Positions 36,325 to 45,238 are shown, counted from the stretch's first letter. The stretch: DNA of 64,000 bases from an uncultured Gammaproteobacteria bacterium (GCA_963819835.1 CAWFXR010000004.1:86443-150442), one strand, 5' to 3'. Translations and numbers: made by a program. Notes: a model not told the origin generated them from the letters alone.

Positions 36325-36588
36325 CTACTTCTTCTTCGCGACCTTCTTCTTCGCGGCCTTTTTCGTCGCGACCTTCTTCGTCGCGACCTTCTTCTTCGCA
36401 GCCTTCTTCCTGGAGACTTTCAGTTTCTGCTTGACGTCGCCAAACTTCGCCTGCGCCTTCCCGCGAGTCTTCTGCGCCTTGCCTTTTGCCTGTAGCTCTT
36501 TGTTACCCACGAGCTTGCCGGCGGCTTCCTTGATCTTGCCTTCCACTTCTTTGATGCGGCCTTGAATCTGATCTTTGTACGCGGTCAC
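36325..36588 (-). CDS. CsbD-family stress protein with Lys/Ala-rich C-terminal tail
   Basis: GTG at 36588 with an AGGAG SD 6 nt upstream. CsbD core (KDQIQGRIKEVEGKIKEAAGKLVGNKELQAKGK), then the tail KKAAKKKVATKKVATKKAAKKKVAKKK. Confidence 0.75.
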   Translation of the reverse strand: MTAYKDQIQGRIKEVEGKIKEAAGKLVGNKELQAKGKAQKTRGKAQAKFGDVKQKLKVSRKKAAKKKVATKKVATKKAAKKKVAKKK

Positions 36589-36949
36589 GACTTGCTCCTG
36601 AATCGGTACGCCGGCAATCGGCCGGCACGCCGCACTGGGCGACTTGAAAAAGCGCGGTCTGAAACCTGAGGACTTTCTCATCGAGTGCCTTTGGATGTTC
36701 GGACCGACGCCCGCATTTCGTCAATACGTTCAGATACGGTCACGGCGCCGGCATCCACGAGAACTCTTTCATGCTGCCGGGTTGCCGGCATGCCGTGAGA
36801 CAGCAGATTAATCACACGGACGCTTCCAGGAACGTTGGTCGACGCGGGCGGTGTTCGCTGGCGTACAGAGGCCGCCGCTGCTTCGGAGTAGCTTCATCCT
36901 CCTGAAACGCGCTCATCGATTTCGGATCAGTGCCTGGTGCCCAAGGAGC

Positions 36950-37119
36950 AGTCCAGGCGATTCCGACCCTCGGGCCATGGCCATTGCCGACGCTGGCCAC
37001 CGCGCGATTGCCTACGACCGCCACGGCTTCGGTCGCTCGTCAAAATCCTGGCTTGCCACGACTACGACACGCTCGCCGACGACCTCGCGGCAGTTGTTGA
37101 GCAGACCGGGGCGCGAAAG
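36950..37119 (+). pseudogene. Remnant of an alpha/beta hydrolase (chloroperoxidase-like)
   Basis: GDSDPRAMAIADAGHRAIAYDRHGFGRSSKSW lies in one frame and DYDTLADDLAAVVEQTGA in the next. It is truncated at both ends. Confidence 0.5.
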
Positions 37120-37178
37120 GAGGCGAGGCCGACTGAGGCGCGCGTTAGGCAAGACCGTGTCAAATGTCGGGCTCGGAC

Positions 37179-37523
37179 TCACTCTCGCCTGACTATATCG
37201 ACCGAGATCTCCACTGCCTGAATCGCTCCCCGGTTCTCAAGCCAGTGTGTGGTGTTCCTATCCTCGGGCCAGCCCACTCCCGGCCCATAGTCAGTAGCGA
37301 CTCCATTTCGATGGTCAGTGATCGTTCCTTGCAGTATGTAGACCGTGCCTGGTCTGTCTTTATGGTCGTGAATCGGGCCGAAGACGCCACCAGGCTCGAT
37401 GGTCACCATGCGCATTCGAAGGAGACGACCTGCCATGCCCTCGATCTCAGGGCCAAGGTCAACCGTTGCAAGCAACTTCACATTGACTCCTTTCGTCTCG
37501 GGTGCGACCTGTTCGTTGCTCAT
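37179..37523 (-). CDS. Cupin-domain protein
   Basis: 114 aa from MSNEQVAP, with the motif IEPGGVFGPIHDHKDRPGTVYILQG. Confidence 0.7.
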   Translation of the reverse strand: MSNEQVAPETKGVNVKLLATVDLGPEIEGMAGRLLRMRMVTIEPGGVFGPIHDHKDRPGTVYILQGTITDHRNGVATDYGPGVGWPEDRNTTHWLENRGAIQAVEISVDIVRRE

Positions 37524-37780
37524 TGCGTTCTCCTGTCCGTACCGCCAGGGCCTGACGAGAGGTAGATCGTTTAGACGATGTGCAAGCAAATAGGTTTCGC
37601 CGCATATGGGTCGAGACTGTGTGAAAACTCACCGCACGCACACGGGACGCATAATCCGATGTCAATTTCGAGGGCGTACGTGCACTGCCTTGAGAATTGG
37701 AAACACCGAATAGCCAGGCAACGCATTCTCGCAAAAGAGGGCCGGTGTTTTCACACAGTCTCGACCACAAGCGCACGTAC

Positions 37781-38080
37781 CTATTCGGAACTGCAGATAA
37801 GCGCGTCTCCAAGCGTTGTTGTCCCCTGGGGCGTGGTATCAACGTCGTTTATCTTCAGCGCATTGGCGCCCATTTGTGCGGCCTTATTTCGCAAATCGTT
37901 CATGGCACCATCCGTATTGCGCGGAATGCTACCGCCCCCCTGATGGAAGCCAGTCACCGTGCCGAGAAACTCACAGTTCGACGTGTCATTTACGATTCGT
38001 ACGGACGAACCGTCTTTGGTCAACTCAACGGCGCAACCCAGCACCAGGATTGCCGGCATTACCAGAATCCACCTCCTCAT
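37781..38080 (-). CDS. DUF4156-like small lipoprotein
   Basis: LGC lipobox; 99 aa with a NDLRNKAAQMGANA pattern. Confidence 0.7.
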   Translation of the reverse strand: MRRWILVMPAILVLGCAVELTKDGSSVRIVNDTSNCEFLGTVTGFHQGGGSIPRNTDGAMNDLRNKAAQMGANALKINDVDTTPQGTTTLGDALICSSE

Positions 38081-38245
38081 ATTGTTCCTCGGCGTCCGCT
38101 ATGGTCAGTAGCGCTCAGTCTATCCCAGAGTCCCTGGACCGCCGCTTCGGGTCGTTTCTCCCGGTACAGCGTCCACTTTCAGCGCCCGCCTTGCTTTGCC
38201 ACGCGGCACGGCGTATATTCATTGGTGCCAAATGGCACACCTGCA

Positions 38246-38650
38246 ATGACCGCCACCCTTTCCCGCCCCACCCGACCCGTCACCGCTTTCGACCGCGGCC
38301 GAGTCGATGCAGTGGCACTCAAGGCGTTCTTCAACCTGACCGCCGAATGGGAACTTACCCCCGCCGACCAGCTCACGCTGCTGGGACAACCCAGCCGCCG
38401 CACGTTCTATCGCTGGCGCGCCGGAGAAGTCGCGGGCCTGCCCGCCGACACGCTCGAGCGCATCAGCGTCCTGCTCGGCATCTACAAGGCGCTCGGCATC
38501 CTGCTGCCGATCAGGGAGCGGGCGAACGCCTGGGTAAAGCGCGAGAACGAAGTGTTCGGTGGCCGCTCGGCACTGGACGTGATGCGGCAGGGCCGGGTCG
38601 ACGACCTTTACCAGGTGCGTCGCCACCTGGACAGCTGGCGTGGCGGTTAG
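38246..38650 (+). CDS. Xre-type antitoxin with DUF2384 (MbcA/ParS-like) toxin-binding domain
   Basis: 134 aa from an internal ATG. Pattern LLGIYKALGILLP...ANAWVKRENEVFGGRSALDVM. Lies directly upstream of the RES gene. Confidence 0.85.
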   Translation: MTATLSRPTRPVTAFDRGRVDAVALKAFFNLTAEWELTPADQLTLLGQPSRRTFYRWRAGEVAGLPADTLERISVLLGIYKALGILLPIRERANAWVKRENEVFGGRSALDVMRQGRVDDLYQVRRHLDSWRGG

Positions 38651-39335
38651 GCCCCAAGTCCGTCGCCGCGACCTGACCGGACGGCGCCAGTACCGGATCA
38701 TCCCCTCGCGCTTCCCGCCGATCGAGATTTTCGAGACCCTGGCCGATCCCGCGGACCTCGAGATCCTCTACGCGATCGAGGGCCTGACCAACGACCGGCT
38801 GCGTGCCGCCGCCGGCGACCTCCACCGGGTGCCGAAGGAAGACTGGGTCACCGGCCCCGGCGCAACCGTGGTGATGGCCGCTTTCACGCACACCGGTCGC
38901 CCGACGCGCTTCAGCGACGGCACCCACGGGGTCTACTACGCCGCACTCGACGAAGACACCGCCGTCGCCGAGACCGTGTTCCACACCGCACGCTTCCTGC
39001 GCGAAACCGCCGAGCCCCCGATCGAGGTGGAGCGCCGCAGTTATGTGGGGAAGGTGCTGCAGCCCCTCGACGATCTCCGCGGCCCGCGCTTCGCGAAGCT
39101 CCGCGATCCGGACCTCACGACCTACCCCACCTGCCAGGCCTTCGCCGCCGAACGCCGCGCCGCAGGCGCCTGGGGCTTGAACTACTTGAGCGCCCGACGC
39201 GAAGGCGGCGAATGCATCGCCGGGTTCCGCACCCGCGCGGTCTCACTCCCAGTCCAGGGCAAGCACTTCCGCTACCGCTGGGACGGCAGCCGCATCGACC
39301 GGGTCATTACCGTGAGCGAGGTCCGCGAAGTCTGA
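38640..39335 (+). CDS. RES-domain toxin (MbcT/ParT family)
   Basis: YRIIPSRFPP N-terminus. R (TRFSDG), E (AVAETVF) and S (YLSARR) in the expected order. The GTG start overlaps the antitoxin gene by 11 nt. Confidence 0.85.
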   Translation: MAVRPQVRRRDLTGRRQYRIIPSRFPPIEIFETLADPADLEILYAIEGLTNDRLRAAAGDLHRVPKEDWVTGPGATVVMAAFTHTGRPTRFSDGTHGVYYAALDEDTAVAETVFHTARFLRETAEPPIEVERRSYVGKVLQPLDDLRGPRFAKLRDPDLTTYPTCQAFAAERRAAGAWGLNYLSARREGGECIAGFRTRAVSLPVQGKHFRYRWDGSRIDRVITVSEVREV

Positions 39336-39404
39336 GCAGAGCCCGACACAAGGGCGAGGGGTTCAGCAGCGCCAGTGCGCGGTGACACTCGCAGCTAACT
39401 CAAT

Positions 39405-39712
39405 TTACTCCCCCAACCACCGCTGGTACTCCGCCGCATCCTCCCGCCGCGCCACCGCCTGCTCAGCAGCCGGAGCGGACGCCCCGAGCCGCATCTGCCG
39501 CGGATACTCGGCCCACGCCAGATGTCTCGATAGTCAGTGAGCGCCGCTGCGACGCAGCGCCGCACCTCCCCGAGATCCGATCTCGCCAGCTTGAGTACGG
39601 CGAGCGCCACGCGCTCGCCCTCGACCGCTTCGTCCAGCTCCTTCAGGATGGCGCGCGCTTGCTCACGATCCACATCGGACGGGAACAACTTTTCGAGTTT
39701 GTGCTCGAGCAT
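39405..39712 (-). pseudogene. Small hypothetical protein (~102 aa), one frame disruption
   Basis: MLEHKLEKLF...TDYRDI continues in another frame as LAWAEYPRQMRLGASAPAAEQAVARREDAAEYQRWLGE*. The switch is near 39518-39524. Confidence 0.4.
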
Positions 39713-39814
39713 TCGACGTCTACCAGACTGCCAAACCCCTCCGACGCGCTGCCCCGCGGCGCGAGCTCGCAACGCGAGCGTTCCCTGCCAGCACCTCGGA
39801 ATCCACGTTTCGAG

Positions 39815-40144
39815 TCACTGCTGGTCGGGCGTTTTCTCCCTGCACTTCAATTCGGCGCTCCTCGGCATGCCGCCGCGATTGCGGGGGATCCGGATCGTGC
39901 CCGACTTGCCCGGTTCGACGGTCACTTTCACGGTGCGGTTCTGGTCCGCCCCGGTGAAATGAGCGCTGCATGAAATGGTCTTCAGGCTCTTGTTGTCGAT
40001 TCTCATCGCCTCGGGATTGTCCCTGGGGCCCAGCGTGACGATTACCTCGAGCCCGCCAAGGTCCTGTGTCAGTTCGATCGGACCAGCGCCGGCACAAAAC
40101 GGCAACAGTGCCGCCGCGAGCCCCGCGATGAGCTTCATTTTCAT
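39815..40144 (-). CDS. Small secreted hypothetical protein
   Basis: 109 aa with signal peptide MKMKLIAGLAAALLPFCAGA. Confidence 0.45.
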   Translation of the reverse strand: MKMKLIAGLAAALLPFCAGAGPIELTQDLGGLEVIVTLGPRDNPEAMRIDNKSLKTISCSAHFTGADQNRTVKVTVEPGKSGTIRIPRNRGGMPRSAELKCREKTPDQQ

Positions 40145-40175
40145 TCCATCTCTCCTGACGTGACCCGAATGTCGA

Positions 40176-40403
40176 GTGGGTGCCCGTCACTACGTCGGCA
40201 GTGAGCATGCCCCATTTCGCCGGTCGTACGAAGCTGATTTTGAATTCGAGTGTCGTGTTGAACTCGCGCGGCTGGAACTCAACGTCGATCGTGCCCTTCT
40301 CCGCGTCGATATGCACGCACCTCCATCCAAGGAGTTTCGTAGCCGGCGGACCAGCGGCCCTTCCCTCCACCATGTCCCAGAAAGCCCGATCTGTGTTCGC
40401 CAT
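40176..40403 (-). pseudogene. PaaI/hotdog thioesterase remnant
   Basis: The N-terminal motif (PPATKLLGW...) joins directly to TLEFKISFVRPA. About 45 aa, including the expected HGG segment, are missing, and the C-terminus is lost. Confidence 0.5.
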
Positions 40404-40456
40404 CCGTCACCTGTACTTCAAGACGATATCCCGTGATGCCGAGCATTGAATTGCAC

Positions 40457-40486
40457 GACTGCATGGCAATTCAATTGACCGATGTC
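40457..40486. repeat. Possible orphan IS30-type terminal inverted repeat
   Basis: The core ATTCAATTGACCGATG matches the IS IR ATTCAATTGATCGACG at 14 of 16 positions. CTGC lies upstream, as in the IR. Confidence 0.3.
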
Positions 40487-40616
40487 GGGCTAATTCGGTA
40501 TCTGGGCATGCTCGCGCAATACGCGCCTCCGGACAATCGGCCGAGCCATGAGAGAGATTGTCGCCGGTGCCGAAGAACCGCTACGGCCCGGAATCCCCGC
40601 CCCGAAAGCAGACCCT

Positions 40617-40880
40617 CTACGCCAGAGAACGACCCACAACGGAAGTTCGGCGCAGGATCTCGAAAGCGTTGGGGTCCAGTTGCTTCGCTCGCTCCGCGGC
40701 CTGTTTCGCTTCGGCATCCATGCCGAGCCATCCGTACGTGTCCGCGAGGTAGACGTAGACCCGTGGGTCGTCCGGATCGGACTGCGCAGCGACCAGGAGC
40801 TGCTGCAGCGCTTGCTGGAAGTCCTTTTGACCATGCAGTTGCACGCCGTGCCCCAGCCGGGAAACCGGTTCGATGGGGTT
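40617..40880 (-). pseudogene. C-terminal remnant of a TPR-repeat protein
   Basis: The segment GVQLHGQKDFQQALQQLLVAAQSDPDDPRVYVYLADTYGWLGMDAEAKQAAERAKQLDP looks like TPR repeats by eye. The N-terminal side is replaced by a transposase fragment on the other strand. Confidence 0.45.
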
Positions 40881-40914
40881 GCGCGCCGAGCCCGCGATTG
40901 CGGCTGGAGCCGCG

Positions 40915-41103
40915 GAACCGGCCGGCGAGTATGCGATCCACCGATTCGCGAGCGAGATGAACGGCCTGATGATCCACAAGTACCGGTCGTCGGCCTGTCC
41001 GCGCTGCGCACTGCGATCGAAGTGCACCACCAGCGACTATCGGCGCTTGATGCGTTGGGAGCACGAGGCGGTGCTCGAGCGGATGCAGGCGCGGCGCGCC
41101 TGA
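40915..41103 (+). pseudogene. Internal fragment of an IS1182/IS5-like transposase
   Basis: PAGE...ACPRCALRSKCTTS..RRLMRWEHEAVLERMQAR matches my recollection of the Cys-rich region of these transposases. No DDE domain follows. Confidence 0.5.
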
Positions 41104-41298
41104 TCGCGGCCGGTTTGACCCGTTCGCAAATGACCGCTTGCACATTCGCGATCTGCCCTCAAACGGACACTCGCACCCGTCCGCCGCATTTGAATCCAGA
41201 GTCGGCGGCCGACGACAACAACCTACGCCGCACCAGAAGAAGGCCTGGGGAGGCCGCGTGATGGATACGCAACTGGCGCGTGCCGCGGCAGGCGAAAA

Positions 41299-41598
41299 TC
41301 ATGCTGCCGCAGGCGCAATCTCCCGGGCAATTCGCTTCCCACTGGCTATCTCAGCGACCCGTAGGTCGTACGCTGCCTGGAGGTTCAGCCAGGACCTCGC
41401 ATCCCCGCCGAAGTAACGAGCCAGCCGCATCGCCGTGTCCGCCGACACCCCCCGCCGCCCGCGCACGATGTCGTTGATCCGCGGCGCCGGGACGTTCAGC
41501 GCCTTCGCCAGGGCATTGGCACTCAGACCCAGCGGGACCATGAAATCCTCGCGGAGCACTTCGCCCGGATGGACGGGCCGCATGCCATTCTTAATCAC
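41299..41598 (-). CDS. higA: HigA-family antitoxin (HTH-XRE)
   Basis: GTG at 41598 with a GAGGTGAG SD. Starts VIKNGMRPVHPGEVLREDFM and contains GLSANALAKALNVPAPRINDIVRGRRGVSADTAMRLARYFG. Confidence 0.85.
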   Translation of the reverse strand: MIKNGMRPVHPGEVLREDFMVPLGLSANALAKALNVPAPRINDIVRGRRGVSADTAMRLARYFGGDARSWLNLQAAYDLRVAEIASGKRIAREIAPAAA

Positions 41599-41608
41599 TT
41601 GGCTCACC

Positions 41609-41857
41609 TCAGTGGTAGTCCACGATTTCCACGTCCGCCGGCCCGTCGTCGGTCCACCGGAAGCAGATTCTGAATTGGTCGTTGATACGAATGCCGTGTC
41701 GACCCTTCCGATCGCCTCGCAGCGCTTCCAACCGATTGCCAGGCGGCGATCGCAGGAACTCGAGGGTGTGCGCAGCATCGAGCATCGCGAGTTTGCGCGC
41801 CGCAACGGTTGCGATCGACCCACTCCATGCCAGCGCTGCCCGGCCTGAAGTGACCAA
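41609..41857 (-). CDS. higB: HigB/RelE-family toxin, 5' end abutted or truncated by the IS30 element
   Basis: Contains [31 protein letters not shown]...VEIVDYH. It has only a TTG start and seems to lack about 6-8 N-terminal residues compared with my recollection of family members. Confidence 0.7.
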   Translation of the reverse strand: MVTSGRAALAWSGSIATVAARKLAMLDAAHTLEFLRSPPGNRLEALRGDRKGRHGIRINDQFRICFRWTDDGPADVEIVDYH

Positions 41858-41867
41858 GGGCCCCGGA

Positions 41868-43104
41868 GGGCTGCGGATTCAATTGATCGACGCAACACAT
41901 TGAGCAAAGCGTTCTGCCGGTGTCTCGAAGCCGAGCGTCTGTCGAGGACGTTCGTTCAGCTGGCGAGCTACAGCATTGAGCTTGCTCTGGGTAATATCCG
42001 ATAGATCCATCCCCTTTGGGAAGTACTGACGCAGCAGCCCATTGGTGTTCTCGTTCGAACCGCGTTGCCACGGCTGTTGCGGATCGCAGAAGTAGACCTG
42101 GATGTCGGTCGCCAGCGAGAAGCGCCGATGCTGTGCCATCTCCTTGCCGCGATCCCAGGTCAGGGACTTGTACAGTTCGCGAGGAAGCTTATGCGCCTGC
42201 TTGATTAGCGCATTGATCACCGTCTCGCTGTCCTTGCTTGCCACCTTCACCAGCAATACGTAGCGCGTATGGCGCTCCACCAAGGTGGCGATCTGGCTGT
42301 TGTCGCTGCCGAAGTACAGGTCGCCCTCCCAATGGCCCGGCACCGCGCGGTCTTCGGCTTCAGCCGGGCGCTCGCGGATCGATACCGCGTCGACGATCCG
42401 GCCGTGGTCGGGTGTCTTCGAGGTGTAGTGGCGCGAGCGACGCATCCCGCGCGTACGCCGCAGATGCTGGAGCAGCTCTTTTTTAAGCGCCCCGCGGGCC
42501 TGGATGAACAGCGTGCGGTAAATCGTCTCGTGGGACACTTGGCGCGTCTCGTCGTGCGGGTACGTGCGCTTCAACCAACCGGCAATCTGATACGGCGACC
42601 AATGCGACCGCAGCTTGGTGGCCACCAGCCTGGCTAACGGTCGGTTCTGAGCCAGTTTACAGCGCTTCGGTCGCTGGGCCCGATCCCAGGCTGCCGTGTC
42701 GGCCTCGCTCGCACGATAGCTGTCGCGGTCACCGTTGCGTCGGATCTCGCGACTGACGGTGCTCGGTGGCCGCGCGAGCGAACGGGCGATGGACCGGATC
42801 GACAGTCCCGCTCGGGTACCGCGTGAAATCTCCTCACGCTCCGAGAGCGTCAGAACTCGCGCAGAACGGCGCCTCTCCGCAGGTCGTATGCCACCGCTTC
42901 TCGCCAGAATGTGGTGAACCGAGGTGTGCCTCCGATCGAACATCCTGGCGATGGCGTGCAGCGTATCGCCTTCTCGCCAGCGCTCCCACATCAAGGCCTT
43001 CTGTGTCGCGGTGTAGAAAGTCCTGGTCCGGTACTTCATTTACAACGCCCTCCGCTCTACGATCAGAGTTTAGGTGTTGCATCGACCAGTTGAACCCGCA
43101 GCCC
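41868..43104 (-). mobile_element. IS30-family insertion sequence (1237 bp)
   Basis: 31 bp terminal inverted repeats at 41868-41898 and 43074-43104, 27 of 31 identical. A single transposase ORF whose stop lies inside the left IR. No clear target duplication. Confidence 0.85.
41879..43039 (-). CDS. IS30-family transposase
   Basis: 386 aa. N-terminal HTH regions and a DDE core (HWEGDL ... TWDRGKEM ... SNENTNGLLRQYFPKG). Confidence 0.95.
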   Translation of the reverse strand: MKYRTRTFYTATQKALMWERWREGDTLHAIARMFDRRHTSVHHILARSGGIRPAERRRSARVLTLSEREEISRGTRAGLSIRSIARSLARPPSTVSREIRRNGDRDSYRASEADTAAWDRAQRPKRCKLAQNRPLARLVATKLRSHWSPYQIAGWLKRTYPHDETRQVSHETIYRTLFIQARGALKKELLQHLRRTRGMRRSRHYTSKTPDHGRIVDAVSIRERPAEAEDRAVPGHWEGDLYFGSDNSQIATLVERHTRYVLLVKVASKDSETVINALIKQAHKLPRELYKSLTWDRGKEMAQHRRFSLATDIQVYFCDPQQPWQRGSNENTNGLLRQYFPKGMDLSDITQSKLNAVARQLNERPRQTLGFETPAERFAQCVASIN

Positions 43105-43124
43105 TTTCAAGACATTGGATTTGT

Positions 43125-43154
43125 TGGAGCGGGTGATGGGAATCGAACCCACGT
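43125..43154 (-). repeat. Partial copy A of the tRNA-Gly(CCC) 3' end (30 nt identical)
   Basis: TGGAGCGGGTGATGGGAATCGAACCCACGT is identical to 47896-47925. The adjacent sequence does not fold as a tRNA. Confidence 0.8.
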
Positions 43155-43453
43155 GAAAACTGCGTGCTTCCGCGGAAGCGCGCCGATCTGCGTGCCCGCG
43201 TGTGTTTGGCGTGTGATTTGCTGCATGTCCCCATGGTCGACTTGCTGCGCTCGGCGGAGGACTCGAGCGTGAGGCCCTCGGGAGTGAGCCCGGATGCCTG
43301 CGCGAATATCGGTGCCGCGACGGGGCCAATCGCGAACGCGAAGTCCCAAGCCGCCAGGGATTGGCGGGATTTGAATGGGTCTTTATGTTGCGACGCGATT
43401 CGGCGATATTCGCCGTGACGACAGCTTTCACAGGGAATAGCGGTACGAATAAC

Positions 43454-45238
43454 ATGACCCTCAACAGAGTACTCAGCATTTGCTCGGTCACGGCGCTGGC
43501 CGTGCTCGCGGTGGGTTGCCACCAGAAGACCGCCGACCCGTCGGCTGCCCCGAGTGGCGGATCCGCCGGGACCGCGGAGATGGCACCCGGTACGGGGAAG
43601 ACTTCGGGTGCGGACCTCATCATCCATGGCGGCCCGATCCTCACCATGGAAGGTGACAAGCCTGCCTATGTGGAAGCCGTCGTCGTGCAAGGCGGCAAGA
43701 TCACGTACGCGGGATCCGTTGCCGAGGCGATGAAGCAAAAGGGCGGCGACACTCTCGTGAAGGACCTCGCCGGCAAGACGATGCTGCCGGGATTCATCGA
43801 CCCGCACAGCCACTTCATGGATTCGCTCACGATGGCTGACCGGGTTAACGTGTCGGCGCCGCCGGTCGGTCCCGCATCGAACCCGGCCGAGATCGTTGCG
43901 GAGCTCAAGAAGGCCGCCACCGCCAAGGGCCTCAAGCCCGGCGAACTGCTTCTCGGCTGGGGCTACGACGAGAACCTGATGCCGAAGGGCACGGAGCTCA
44001 CGCGCGACCTCCTCGACCAGGCGTTCCCCGACAATCCCGTCGGCGTAATCCACGTCTCGATGCACGGCGCCGTCATCAACTCGAAGGCGATGGAGAAGTT
44101 CGGTTACAAGGACGGCATGGAGACGCCAAAGGGCGGCGTCATCCTGCGCAAGGCGGACGCCAAGACCCTGAGCGGCCTCGTGATGGAGACAGGCTACCTG
44201 CCGATGATCTCCGCGCTGCCGACGCCCACATCCGAGACCGAGCTGGCCGCAGCGCGATCAGGCCAGCTGCTCTATGCCGCCGCTGGCATCACGACCGCGC
44301 AGGAAGGGGCTACCCATGCGCCCCAGCTCGCGACGCTGCAGAGTGTCGCGAAGGCAGGCGGCTTGATCATCGACGTCGTCACCTATCCGTTCATGACGGA
44401 CCTCGACGGAATCTGGAAGACCTCGCCACCCGAGACATTCGGCAGGTATGAGAATCACCTGAAGCTCGGCGGCTGCAAGATCACCGCCGACGGCAGCCCC
44501 CAGGGCAAGACCGCGTGGTTCACGACCCCGTACCTGACCGGCGGTCCCGCCGGCGAGAAGAACTGGAAGGGCGAAGCCGGCCTGCCGCCCGACGCCATGA
44601 AGGCGACGATGAAGACCTGCTACGACAAGGGCCTGCAGGTGCTCATGCACGCCAATGGCGACGCCGCGATCGACTTCCTGATCGAGGCGCACAAGCTGGC
44701 GGCCGGGACCGAGCCCGCGAAGGATCGGCGTACAGTTTGCATCCACTGCCAGTTCATCCGGCCGGACCAGCTGAAGGCGTTCACGGAACTGAAGATCATC
44801 CCGGCGCTGTTCACCGATCACACGTTCTTCTTCGGCGACACGCACGTGGCGAACCGGGGACTGAAGCAGGCGAGCTTCATCAGCCCGATGCGGGCGGCCA
44901 TCGACCTGGGCCTCGCGCCCACCAATCACACCGATGCCTTCGTCGTACCGGTCGACCAGATGATGACGGTCTGGACGGCGGTCAATCGGCCACTGCGCTC
45001 GGGCGGCACGCTCGGGGCGGACCAACGCATCTCTGCCTATGAGGCGCTGCAGGCAATCACGACGAGCGCCGCCCACCAATATCGCGAGGAGGACGCCAAG
45101 GGTTCGATCACGGCAGGAAAGCTGGCCGACCTGGTCATCCTGTCGGCCGACCCGACCAGGGTCGATCCGATGACCATCAAGGACATCAAAGTCCTCGAGA
45201 CGATCAAGGAAGGGAAGACCGTCTACCCGGCCCAGTAA
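43454..45238 (+). CDS. Amidohydrolase-family (YtcJ-like) lipoprotein
   Basis: Internal ATG at 43454 and AVGC lipobox. Motifs GFIDPHSHF, HANGDAAID and HCQF. Confidence 0.85.
   Translation: MTLNRVLSICSVTALAVLAVGCHQKTADPSAAPSGGSAGTAEMAPGTGKTSGADLIIHGGPILTMEGDKPAYVEAVVVQGGKITYAGSVAEAMKQKGGDTLVKDLAGKTMLPGFIDPHSHFMDSLTMADRVNVSAPPVGPASNPAEIVAELKKAATAKGLKPGELLLGWGYDENLMPKGTELTRDLLDQAFPDNPVGVIHVSMHGAVINSKAMEKFGYKDGMETPKGGVILRKADAKTLSGLVMETGYLPMISALPTPTSETELAAARSGQLLYAAAGITTAQEGATHAPQLATLQSVAKAGGLIIDVVTYPFMTDLDGIWKTSPPETFGRYENHLKLGGCKITADGSPQGKTAWFTTPYLTGGPAGEKNWKGEAGLPPDAMKATMKTCYDKGLQVLMHANGDAAIDFLIEAHKLAAGTEPAKDRRTVCIHCQFIRPDQLKAFTELKIIPALFTDHTFFFGDTHVANRGLKQASFISPMRAAIDLGLAPTNHTDAFVVPVDQMMTVWTAVNRPLRSGGTLGADQRISAYEALQAITTSAAHQYREEDAKGSITAGKLADLVILSADPTRVDPMTIKDIKVLETIKEGKTVYPAQ

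Noticed and set aside
36328-36415. Tandem 15 nt repeats (cttcttcgcgacctt-like) considered as a CRISPR array or minisatellite.
   Set aside because: The units are contiguous without spacers and lie in frame inside the csbD-like gene. They encode its Lys/Ala-rich tail.
41858-41881. In-frame codons Ile-Arg-Ser directly after the transposase stop resemble the usual MIRS start of HigB toxins. This suggested that higB is intact, or is fused to the IS end.
   Set aside because: Those bases belong to the 31 bp inverted repeat that is mirrored at the other IS end (27 of 31). There is also no start codon in front of them. The resemblance is most likely coincidental.
43125-43200. Copy A of the tRNA-Gly 3' end as a second functional tRNA gene.
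   Set aside because: Beyond the shared 30 nt the sequence gives only 5 of 7 acceptor pairs and no D or anticodon arm. Instead it holds a 14 nt palindrome (GCTTCCGCGGAAGC) flanked by a direct CTGCGTGC repeat.
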